Positions 50,461-61,394 of a stretch of 64,000 nt of DNA are shown in pieces. The position numbers and the translations under genes were made by a program. This DNA comes from Octopus sinensis (Eukaryota). The notes below the pieces were generated by a model that did no database searches, was not told where the DNA came from, and was given only the letters and a program-made list of their open reading frames with translations. Location: the NCBI RefSeq assembly GCF_006345805.1, contig NC_043006.1, positions 23,498,001 to 23,562,000 of the forward strand, in the 5' to 3' direction. Position 1 is the stretch's first letter, and every line of letters starts with the position of its first letter.

Positions 50461-51450
50461 CTTTTTGGTGTCCTGTACACATATATGCGTGTATATGTAC
50501 ATGTAGAGGTAGGTACGTACATATATGTTTATATATATGCATATGTTTTATTTTATTAACATATTATACGACTAAACGCACGCACCCTATTAAGTAAGAT
50601 TGTTCTGTTTATCAAGTTAGCCTTGATATTAACTCTCACGCGACTCTGCATCTTTCTTTCTTTCTCTCCCATTCCCTTTTTCGTCTTTTTTCCCTCACTT
50701 AACTTGTCTCTTCCTCTCTCTCTCATTCTTCATTCTCTCTCTCCCTTTCACCATTCTTCATGGTCTCCTCGCACCATTCCCCTTCTTCTCTCTCTTCCTC
50801 CTCCTCCCCCATTCCCGTCGTCCATCTGCGACGATACTTCCGTCGTAACTGCTATCCTGTCTTTTCTCGCCCGCCTTCTAAGGCTACTGGTCGACATTTT
50901 TTCTCTCTCGTCGTCCACTTTAATCCAGCGTTTGCAATACTTTTTTCGTCTGGCGTTAACAGCCCTTCTTATCTTGTTCTCCTTGTCCTGTCTCTCACTG
51001 TTATATATTTATTTTTCCACTGTTCCACTGTTTATATATATATTTTTTACTGTTTATATGTTTGTACTGTCGTTACCGTCTTGCTTTTTTTACCCCTCTG
51101 CGAAAAGATCTCAGAATTTTAATTGATTTGCTTTTCGTAGGAAGGAAGTTTTCTTCGAAGTATACGTCTCGCTTTTATCCTTCGAAACGTTTAGTAGATG
51201 AAACCTTAGCGACTGAAGAAGGGGATTTTTCGTTGTGCTTATTGTCCTGTATCCCTTTTTTTGGCTTGTCTTGTTCCTTGGTTGTGTCTATGTTTTTCGT
51301 CTCTCTATGTGTTCGACGTCTTTTTGGTGTCCTGTACACATATATGCGTGTATATGTACATGTAGAGGTAGGTACGTACATATATGTTTATATATATGCA
51401 TATGTTCTATTTTATTAACATATATATATATATATATATATAATATATAT

Positions 51451-51890
51451 ACTAGCAGCATAGCCCGGCGTTGCCCGGGTATGTAAGAGCCCCTAGTAGG
51501 CAACGACTAATCCCAATCTAGTCCTTTCCCTCTAGGGAACGAAGGCGCATGTGTAGGTTGCAATGTCTTCTTTTCACTCGAACACTTCTGTGTATACGAT
51601 GTTCCTAGCTGTCCCTTTGGGCGAAAACATCATTGCACCTCCCAACGCATGAACAGCCCACGTACAGCTCAGAAAATGTGTTGCATATAAAAAGCTTAGA
51701 TTCTCGACCCCATGTCGAATTTATCGATTTTTTTAGAACTGGGGGAACTTTTCAAAATTTTCGCTGCATTAGTTTTGAATTATGACATTGGGCTATGTGT
51801 GTGTCAAGTTTCATCAGAATCGGTTGAAAGCCATGGTCAGGGTGAGGGTACAACCTGACAGACACACAGACAGACAAACTGCCGTTTATA
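51451..51890 (+). mobile_element. HINE-like element
   Basis: Same termini as 49415-49853; inserted in (TA)n. Confidence 0.75.
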
Positions 51891-52117
51891 TATATATACA
51901 TACATACATATATATGTACACATACATATCGTTAGCCACTACACACATTTTTTTCTCTCCTTGTTTCTCTCGTTTTTTCTGTGTCCCTTTCTGTAGAAGG
52001 CTCGAAACGTAAAATACTTTTTCTATTCCTGAGCGTTATACTAATACATCTGTTTGTTTTGTACACCACCTGTCTTCGTCTTTTGTTTTTTTCGTAAACT
52101 CTCCCTATATATACATA

Positions 52118-52159
<42 letters not shown>

Positions 52160-52589
52160 TATATATATACATACATACATATATATACATATATATACAT
52201 ATATATATATACATACATATATATACATATATATATATACACAGACATGTATACATATATAAACATATATATATTATATACATATATATATACTATATAC
52301 ATACATATATATACATATATATGTGTATGTGTATGGAGGCGCAATGGCCCAATGGTTAGGGCAGCGGACTCGCGGTCGTAGGATCGCGGTTTCGATTCCC
52401 AGACCGAGCGTTGTGAGCGTTTATTGAGCGAAAACACCTAAAAGCTCCACGAGACTTCGTCTCCAGCTGGCTATACGACACGATCCGTGTCCTTATATTC
52501 CCTTGTTCGAAAATGTGATGATGACCTACGTCATCATCATTATCGTATATATTTTCTTCTCTCATTTAATCACTCCTTTTTTTTTCCAG

Positions 52590-54482
52590 AATACAGAAGA
52601 CCCGGTCGATGTATACGCAGTCAGTTTTCGAACATCCTTCGAGAAGCAGATGAGCGCCTTTCGAATGCTGTCTGCTGGAGCAATAGAGAGATTTTCAAGG
52701 GAGACCTTCTACCGGATGCTGTTGACTGTCACTCGTAAGAAACACCCTATTGAATCGATAAGGCCGAGCAGAGGCGACGCTCTCAGCTACATTAAGTCGC
52801 TAGAACAGCTGAAACGCCAAGTGAATTCTTTGAAAAGAACCAAAAGACGTATATTGTATTCAGCCGACGAAATCGAGAACATTGGACGCTATTTTAAAGT
52901 ATTCTTCGATGACCTTGAATACCTACGTGACCTCAAAGCTTACTTTGACGAACGAATTCTGAAATACATCGTAGAAATTAGCAATCAAGCTACTTTATCG
53001 ATCCTGTCTCGACAGAGAACAAGAACAGGAGCAGGTGCAAGATCTGGGACAACTTCAGCATCGGGAACGTGGTTGCCAAAACTGAAAACACCCAATGCTA
53101 ATAAAAGTAAAAGTTCGCTGGAAATTAGCGCCAAAAAGGAAATGAAGAACATAACGCATTTGGTGAACACTTTAAGGTGTTTAGAAATAAAATGGGCCAA
53201 TGTTTTAAGAGAAGAAGACATTGATTCGGAGAATTATGAAGCAGAAACGAGAAAAGCAATGATGAAACAACGAGACCGATCGTGTTTCGAACTGATATGG
53301 TACTTGATTCCGGATCTGTTTGCTAAAGCGTCGAAAGCAGTCAAATTGTCTAGGCAGTGGGTCCTGAAGATAACATCGTATTATGATATTCTACTCTCTG
53401 CTGATATCAAAAAGAAAACGAAGGAAATTTTAGCGAAAATAGCGGAAATTAATCAAAGTATTGCGGTGGATGAAGAAAAAGTAAAAGTTTTGGAAGTTGA
53501 AATGAAGCGACTTTCGTTGAAGGAACACCGCCATAATCTTTTAACCAAAGATTATAACAGCACAAAGGAAAAAATTGACCGCGCCAGTTCCAGTTACCAT
53601 AAAACGCAGCTGGAACAGAAGTCTTTGAACCGTAAGTTACAAGATACCAATTCTTTATCGACCGACGAATACAATAATCTCACGACGAAATTGGAACAAG
53701 TCAAATGGAAAATTTCAACTTGTCAAACAGAATTAAAGATTCAGAAATTTAATTTATCGCTTTTGCAACAAGATCTCATTTTGGAAGCTGACATGCGCTC
53801 GACTTTCATCCGGTTCCAGGAAACAGTCAAAGAAATGCTGCAGGGTTTGAACTCGAAGATTGAAATGAAGAAAGAAACGAAACGAAAACTCGAGAAGGAA
53901 ATCGTGTTGCTCAAAGCAAACAACCGGAAGCAACAGGATTTGACCAAAGATGGCCGTCTGTCTGGTGATGTGGCTGCTGAAAAAGAGGAGGATAACAACG
54001 GCCGTAACAACCAGAGTGATGATGCCGATGATGATGCTGATGACAACGATGACGATGATAATGATTATTATTACAACGACGACGATGATGACGATGATGA
54101 GGACAACGAAGATTATGGTGATGAGGAAGACGATGACGTTGGTGACGACATCGGAGACGGAGAAGACAGCGATTATCTGGACAGCGAGAGCGATGTTTTC
54201 GTGCAGATCAGTGAAAGACTGAGCGAACCTAGGGCTTTCGAACATTTCAACCAAAATGTTTATCTCTACACAAACAGTGCAAAAAGCCTAAAACAGAATC
54301 ACAAACGTGAAGTACGCTACAACGACAATGTGACCGTCTCGAAAATTCCAAACGATTCTGATATATTTATAACGATGCAGCATCGAAACTTCGAGAGTTT
54401 AACCTCTTATCTCAACAGCAAATCACATAGCTCTAATAGCTTACAAAGAAAATCCCGAATTCCAAGGTTAAAGGTGCAATAA
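52590..54482 (+). CDS. Large 3'-terminal coding exon of an uncharacterised coiled-coil protein with acidic tract and C-terminal SxIP motifs
   Basis: Stop-free frame of ~630 codons in sequence where unique ORFs are otherwise short. It is preceded by a strong acceptor (CTCCTTTTTTTTTCCAG|AAT, AG at 52588-52589, phase 0). The first in-frame ATG after the acceptor is at 52650. K/E/L/Q-rich heptad-like region ~53400-53940, D/E-rich tract ~53980-54200, stop TAA at 54480-54482. AATAAA candidates near 55046 and 55119. Family not recognised. Confidence 0.88.
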   Translation, partial: NTEDPVDVYAVSFRTSFEKQMSAFRMLSAGAIERFSRETFYRMLLTVTRKKHPIESIRPSRGDALSYIKSLEQLKRQVNSLKRTKRRILYSADEIENIGRYFKVFFDDLEYLRDLKAYFDERILKYIVEISNQATLSILSRQRTRTGAGARSGTTSASGTWLPKLKTPNANKSKSSLEISAKKEMKNITHLVNTLRCLEIKWANVLREEDIDSENYEAETRKAMMKQRDRSCFELIWYLIPDLFAKASKAVKLSRQWVLKITSYYDILLSADIKKKTKEILAKIAEINQSIAVDEEKVKVLEVEMKRLSLKEHRHNLLTKDYNSTKEKIDRASSSYHKTQLEQKSLNRKLQDTNSLSTDEYNNLTTKLEQVKWKISTCQTELKIQKFNLSLLQQDLILEADMRSTFIRFQETVKEMLQGLNSKIEMKKETKRKLEKEIVLLKANNRKQQDLTKDGRLSGDVAAEKEEDNNGRNNQSDDADDDADDNDDDDNDYYYNDDDDDDDEDNEDYGDEEDDDVGDDIGDGEDSDYLDSESDVFVQISERLSEPRAFEHFNQNVYLYTNSAKSLKQNHKREVRYNDNVTVSKIPNDSDIFITMQHRNFESLTSYLNSKSHSSNSLQRKSRIPRLKVQ

Positions 54483-55152
54483 GGCCTTAATATTTATTAC
54501 ATACCCTACAAACGTTCCCTAAGTCCTTTTGCACCTTTAATCAAATTTCTCGTTTGGAATAGAAAAATCTATGGTGTAAATTTAATAAGAACTTACCCAG
54601 AGATCTTACATATGCAAAATAGCTAAATCTTCGTGAAAAAGACTTTCTTCGCTTCGGTTATCAGAAAATGGTTCCTTTCTGATCGGTGCTGTCTCGCTAC
54701 AATGTTCGTTTTAGGCTCCACAGTGGAGCCTTATTCATATATCTAGGACGGCCCTGCTGTTGCTACACGCACAAAAATCCTAGACATTTGCACTTTGGAA
54801 AGGTCCATTATACCTGACTAAAACCGAATCTTTCACTGACACATTATAGATCAGTTACTGTTCAAATATTTAATGCAAGTCGTATCAACAATCAAATTTC
54901 AATTTACTCTGCGGTGAGGAAGACATTGGCGCTGAAGCTAATGTCGTTTTAATAATGCCTGAAAGTAGGGGAGAGAACTTCAGGCATTTTTTTTTTTTTT
55001 TCGTTCATAGAGTTACCATTGTTACATCTGGTTTCCTTGTACAGTGAAATAAAATGGAACGTGAAGAAACGTGGGGAAAAACTCAGGGGATTTCACCAAG
55101 AGCTATGCCCCTTGTACAAATAAACCTGCTCTATTGACAAATACATGAATAC

Positions 55153-55355
55153 CTGCTCCTTTTTTTCTGACTTGTGGATATGTAAAATTTTCCTGGTTTA
55201 CGAGAGGGTTTCTACACTGAATATGGCGACCCTTTGACGACGGGTGTGTCAACAGTGACATGACATAGACTTTTGGGTGGATGGCAGCGAACTTTGGAAG
55301 AAGAAAATATCCCTTGTATATCAAGTTGTCTAAATGCATGTCTCTAAATATTTCC
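55153..55355 (-). other. Possible exon of a convergent minus-strand gene
   Basis: Good acceptor TGTATTTTAATTTTAG|G at 55357-55356, open frame EIFRDMHLDNLIYKGYF..., and possible donor GCAG|GTATTC. No homology recognised. Confidence 0.22.
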
Positions 55356-55490
55356 CTAAAATTAAAATACATTTAAACGATATTCCACACACAGGACTAT
55401 GAAAAACTGAAATTTTGATATGAGCCTGGCCATCTACAGGGTCACTGAACCCGCTGGAAATGACAGCAAAATTTCTTTCAAATTACACCC

Positions 55491-55550
<60 letters not shown>

Positions 55551-56388
55551 GTGTGTGTGTGTGTGTTCTTTCTTTTCAATGGAAGAAGACATTCGATGAC
55601 GTACAGCAATGTCCAGGAAGAAATATGGTACAATCATGGCTGGAAATTTTTGATTAACGATTATGGCAAGTTTAGGGGTTAAACGTCAACTATAAACACC
55701 AGTTTCGCCTCTGCTACCAACACACCCCCTCTACAAACATCACCACTACCAACAACACTGCCACCGAATCAGCCAGAGATCCTTTACATTGTCATCCAAC
55801 ATGTTAGAAACAACAGTTAAATCTCCCTGAAATCGCACCCTACAGTTTAACAAGAAGAACAAAAGAAACATTGAATGAAAGTAGTCCTAGATACACCATG
55901 TTTGTGAAACAAAAAAAAAAGACTAGATGATCACAGCAGGAAAACATTTAATCATAAGTCTTGTCATTCAGATCTGACACAGGACTAAAGAAATGTATAA
56001 AAACAGCTATACGTTATTTTAAAATTAATCCTATTTAATAATCTGCTGAAACTCTTCGACATTTATATCAATATTTCTATAGAAGACAAAATATAAATAG
56101 AATAAATTTTCACAGGTAAAACATTTTAAGACAATGTTTTTCAATAATATACTTTCACGTGTTTCATTCAGAGAATAGCACATCTATATCTAGAGTCATC
56201 AAACACTCCGATGAATATATATATATATATGAAGTTCTGATGTTCTCTACATTAAACACCTTACAAATTACTTAAACTTTGTAATATAAAACTACAAACT
56301 CTGCCTTTAAATACGTTGAGTACTTTTTCGATTTGCGAGCACCTTTACTTTATGACTATGGATACCTGTACCACACATTTATCAATAT

Positions 56389-56440
<52 letters not shown>

Positions 56441-56710
56441 CGTGCCTGCGTATGTGCGTACATGTGCGTCTGTCTGCGTGCGTGTATGCTATAAGATGTA
56501 TTCTACACGGTTAAACTACGAACCAAGTTTTAAATAATTTAATAGATGGATTGTGCAAACATCATTGAATATGTTGGTTATAGCCCAGCTGAACAGCTTT
56601 GGTGTCGCATTCTTATCTGAAGATCGCATGAAAGATTCCCTAAAGATACAAAATTTGAAATCAAGGAATGCTAAGCTGAACCGTAACCAATATCTATCCA
56701 TCCATATATA

Positions 56711-56759
<49 letters not shown>

Positions 56760-58309
56760 CCTTATCCCTCGCAGAAAACTGCAGCACTGACAGGCCGCCA
56801 TTCCTGGGTAGAATTGCATTCCATTGCCAAAGATTAAGACATTCGGAGATCTATTGTTGACGGCCTAAATTCCACATGAAACTAAAGGATTAAAAAGAAG
56901 AAAAATCCATATTTATCGGGGGTAGCGGAACCAAAGGCAGACGGCATGGGACTCGATCTCTCGCATTGTTTTGTATAAATAAATGACAAAATCCTCGCTA
57001 TTTTCTTTCTTGTTCCGTTTCGTTCCTAGTTATTCATGTGTAAAATAAAACCAAGCGGTTAGTATTTTTAGAAGTTAAACTCTCACTTGGCAAGACCTGT
57101 AGCGATGTTCTGTCAGTCAAATGAAGGGAGTTTTGGGACACAACGAACAATCCATTAGAGACATGGATAGGTAAAAAGATGAAGAACACCAGACTTAAAG
57201 CAGAGGTCGTCAAACGTTTCCTAGATCAGTACCTGGTTTTTCCAAATGACATGTTACAAACGCCCCCTCTTTCTAATTTTTAAAAAGAAGTCTGCAGGCG
57301 GATTTTCTCTTTAGCGCAGGTTATGTATGTATGTATGTATGTATGTATGTATGTATGTATGTATCAAATCAAGGGGCAGAAACAAGCGACACGTAACCCC
57401 AAGGTTCAGAAGATGGTTCCGCATTCAGTTCTTATGTCCAATGAAATAAGATGCAGGACATCAACCTCAGAATAGACAAGTGTGGAGTGCCAGTCAAGTA
57501 ATATAGATAACAACATACAGCAAACAGCTACGATATTCAATGCCTTATAGCACATGCACGAGTTTCATCCAAATGCCGTTATAGTTACATAACACTATTA
57601 GAAATAATAAATAATCTTGCGAAACGCGTCATCAGCGTTCCGCAATAGATACTCGTTTTTCTGTATGTTTTATTATCGTAACATTTTTATCATATACATG
57701 TATACACACATTTACATCCATATTTATGTAGACACACGTATAAACACAAATGTATACATAGACACATATTTGTTTGAGAATCAGTAACATGAAACTTTAG
57801 TCACAGTATGGCAGATTTCAGTTTAACTTCATCTATTAGACAAGTGTAGAGTATAATATAGGTTAATTTATGCGAGCTTAATATAAAGATAACATATTCC
57901 AAACCGTGGTTTCATTTTGTTGGTCCTTTGGTTCATCAGAGACGTCAACAGACTAAAAAGTGGTTGAATGCCCCGAAGTGTCAACAATATAGGTTGTCTT
58001 CCTTGGATCGGGAAGACCGCTTTAAAATTCAAAAGAAGCACTTTTAGCATGCTAAAATTTGTCACCCCGTTTTATCTAAGAATTGGGGGTTGGATGGTTG
58101 CCAATGTAGAGCTTCTCAATCCAGCTGTGTGGTTAAGAAGTTTGCCTCCCAACTACTTGGTTTCGGGTTCAGTCTCACTGCGCGACACACTAGGCAAAAG
58201 TGGGTTTTACTATAGCCTCGAGCCGCTCAAAGCCTTCTGACAAAAGCTGCAAAAAGGATGTCATATATGTGTAGACAGACAGATAGATAGATAGAGACAG
58301 ATAGAGACA

Positions 58310-58547
58310 TAGATCTTTTATCTTTTGTTATTTCAGTCACAGGACTGCGGTCATGCTGGGGCACCACCTTGAAGAAATTTAGTCGAATGAATCAATCCCA
58401 GTACATAATTCTTTTAAGCTTTGTACCTATGCTATCAGTCTGCTTTGCCGAACCACTAAGTTTCGGGGATGTAAACACACCAACACAGGTTATCAAGTAG
58501 AGGTGGGGGACAAACACATACACAAAAACAAGCACTCACATAGAACT

Positions 58548-58578
<31 letters not shown>

Positions 58579-59040
58579 GATATATATATATATATATACA
58601 TATGCATATATATATATATATGTGTGTGTGTGTATGTATATATAATGAGCTTCTTTCAGTTTCCGCTGTCTACCAAATCCACTCAGAGCTTTGATATATA
58701 TATGTATATAGGTGTGGGCGTGGCTGTGTGGTGTAAGAAGCTTGCTTCCCAACCACATGGCTCCGGGTTCAGTCCTACTGCATGGCACTTTGGACAAATG
58801 TCTTCTGTAGCCTCGGGTCTGACCAAAGCCTTGTGAGTGGATTTGGTAGGTGGAAGCTGAAAGAAGCCCGCTGTGGATGCGTGCGTGTCCACCTTTACCG
58901 CTTCACAGCTGGTGTTAGTGCATTTATGTCCCCGCAACTTAGCGGTTCAGCAAGTACCATAAGTACTAGGCTTTGGAAAAAATAAGTCCTGAGGTTGATT
59001 TGTTCAACAGAAGCTTTCAAGGCGGTTCCCCTACGTGGCC
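58310..59040. mobile_element. Two SINE family B copies in opposite orientation
   Basis: A minus copy at 58310-58690 and a plus copy at 58710-59040. Confidence 0.75.
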
Positions 59041-59259
59041 TTACCAGTCTTTAAAGTAATCCTACATCACCCTGCCAACACTGGATACTACCTTTGCATC
59101 TTACGAACTTCAATTCCATTCACTGACCTTGCCTACAAATCTTCAACTTCTACATTGGATTCCATTACTGTTATTACTCTGATCCCAACCACAAAATTAC
59201 TCTCTACTTGCGTGAAAATACGTTTTTATCAACTCTTTTTATACAGTAAAAATTGTTTA

Positions 59260-59545
59260 CCAACATAACATGGCAGTCCTGGTTTAGGACGAATGTTGCT
59301 GTAATTTAGCCCCAGGAGACATTGTCCCCAGCTGGCTATACGGCACGATCTGTGTCCTTATATTTTCGAACAAGGGAATCTAGCACCCCACTCAGCTGAA
59401 AACAATATCTGAGTGGGGGTGCTGGATTCCCTTGTTCGAAAATATAAGGACAAAGATCGTGCCGTACAGCCATCTGGAGACGATGTCTCCTGGGGCTAAA
59501 TTACAGCAACATTCGTCCTAAACCAGGACTGCCATGTTATGTTGG
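59260..59545. repeat. Foldback element, ~136-bp arms, 13-nt loop
   Basis: 59260-59395 is a near-perfect reverse complement of 59409-59545. Confidence 0.92.
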
Positions 59546-60099
59546 CAAAAATCTTTACTCAAAAGTACTATTGCTAAATATCTCTCGTTGTGAAAACTAA
59601 AAATAGTCATTTCCTTTTATACAATCCCTTTTTTAAAACAATTTTTTAAATATAATTCTCTCAATAAAAAAAAATATTACTACGTAAAACCAGGCAGAAT
59701 GTTACGGATAGATACAAAGTCAAAAATAATGTGGAAATGGAATAAAAGAGATGTTGGCTATAATATCTGAAAAAGAGGTCGTTGAATGCGTCAGGACATA
59801 AAATAGAAATATTGTTTTTACGAGTGAATTATAAAAAATATTGTTTTAAAAAAGGTCACACTATTCAAGCGTGGTTGATGCCAGTGCCGCCTGACTAGCT
59901 CCTGTATCAGTGGCATGTAAAAAGCACCTACAACACTTTTATAGTGGTTGGTGTTAGGAAGAGCATCCAGCTGTAGAAACTTTGCCAGATCAGATTGGAG
60001 CCTGGTGCAGCCTCCTGGCTTTCCAGTCCTCAGTCAAACCGTCCAACGCATGCCAGCATGGAAAGCGATGATGATGACGATGATGATAATGATCATGAC

Positions 60100-60600
60100 A
60101 CATTCAACTACCTTTTCTTTGGATATTATACCCAACATCTCTTTTCTTACATTTTCACATTATTTTCAACTTTGTAACTTTCCCGAAACTTCAACCTGGT
60201 TTCACGTTATATCTTTCTCAATATACTGCTTTCTCCTATTTCCACGCCTCCATCTTACCAACGCCGCATTCACACCTATTCACTTTCCTCCCCACCCTTC
60301 ATCACACTCTTACACACCTCAACACACACGTAGCGACCACCTGCATTCCCCCCACCCACACATTTAATCACCTCCGCTGGGCCCATCTTCCAACATGGGG
60401 GTCCTCTTATACATTCTCAGTACAGCATTCTCCGTTTTGCTTACTCTCCCCCATGAACTGCATTCCCACTTGGTCCCTAAACATTCTTTCTCCACTTTTC
60501 TTCTTTTTCCTGATGCAGGACTAGCAACCGAAACGTCAAAGTGCCTTTCCTTTCAAACGGTGTACTAATAACACCTTTGTAAAAACTTATCCTTTTGTTA
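60100..60600 (+). mobile_element. Probable Penelope pseudo-LTR / 3'-end copy upstream of the PLE ORF, with degenerate hammerhead motif
   Basis: Pyrimidine-rich segment containing CTGATGC-A-GG-actagcaa-CC-GAAAC-GTC (60510-60537), on the same strand as the PLE ORF downstream. PLEs are known to carry pLTRs with minimal hammerheads. Confidence 0.55.
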
Positions 60601-60636
60601 TTTTTACTCATTCATCTCATTGTGTGTATATATATA

Positions 60637-60679
<43 letters not shown>

Positions 60680-60771
60680 CAACAAAAGGACAAGAACGCA
60701 AAACATCCAGAAGACGATGCAAAGACACAGACGGGTCATTCGAAGCCTTACATACATACCTATATAGATAC

Positions 60772-60810
<39 letters not shown>

Positions 60811-60879
60811 CACACATTTATACATACATATTTATATATACAAACATATTTATCATATTTTTATTTTATTTTTATTTAC

Positions 60880-61262
60880 TCTTTACTTGTTTCAGTCATT
60901 TGACTGCGGCCATGCTGGAGCACCGCCTTTAGTCGAGCAACTCGACCCCGGGACTTTTCTTTTTGTAAGCCCAGTACTTATTATCGTCTCTTTTTGCCGA
61001 ACCGCTAAGTGACGGGGACGTAAACACACCAGCATCGGTTGTCAAGCAATGCTAGGGGAACAAAAACAAAGACAACATACATATATATATACATATATAC
61101 GACAAGTTCTTTCAGTTTCCGTCTACCAAATCCACTCACAAGGCATTGGTCGGCCCGGGGCAATAGCAGAAGACACTTGCCCAAGATGCCACGCAGTGGG
61201 ACTGAACCCGGAACGATGTGGTTGGTAAACAAGCTGCTTACCACACAGCCACTCTTGCGCCT
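60880..61262 (-). mobile_element. tRNA-derived SINE family B (CORE-like, internal microsatellite)
   Basis: Minus-strand head GGCGCAAGAGTGGCTGTGTGGTAAG..GGGTTCAGTCCCACTGCGTGGCA, then CTTGGGCAAGTGTCTT (CORE-like), internal (TA/CA)n, and tail ..CCAGCATGGCCGCAGTCAAATGACTGAAAC. Confidence 0.85.
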
Positions 61263-61394
61263 ATTTGTTTTTATTTTTTTTTTTTTTTTTCTTCCATGCT
61301 TGTGCTTCTTTCTCCCCACACCCTTTGTATGTTTCCTTTCCACGTTTAATTTCCTCCCCGCTAATTTTTTTTTTCTTTTTCCTCTTTCTTATTC

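Noticed and set aside
49801-50597. Long YI/IY/HT/CV-repeat ORFs here and throughout the track
   Set aside because: Translations of (TA)n, (CA)n, (TACA)n and (GATA)n, which lack stop codons.
52503-52589. N-terminal 29 codons of the 659-aa ORF (MFENVMMTYVIIII..)
   Set aside because: They overlap a repeat remnant and a polypyrimidine tract ending in CAG; interpreted as intron.
52985-54254. Antisense and alternate-frame ORFs (52985-53221, 53741-54046, 53754-54254, 53950-54222)
   Set aside because: Shadows of the real coding exon and its GAT/GAC-rich tract.
55315-55355. Kinase catalytic-loop-like IFRDMHLDNLI
   Set aside because: No HRD/DFG or other kinase subdomains in frame; likely coincidence.
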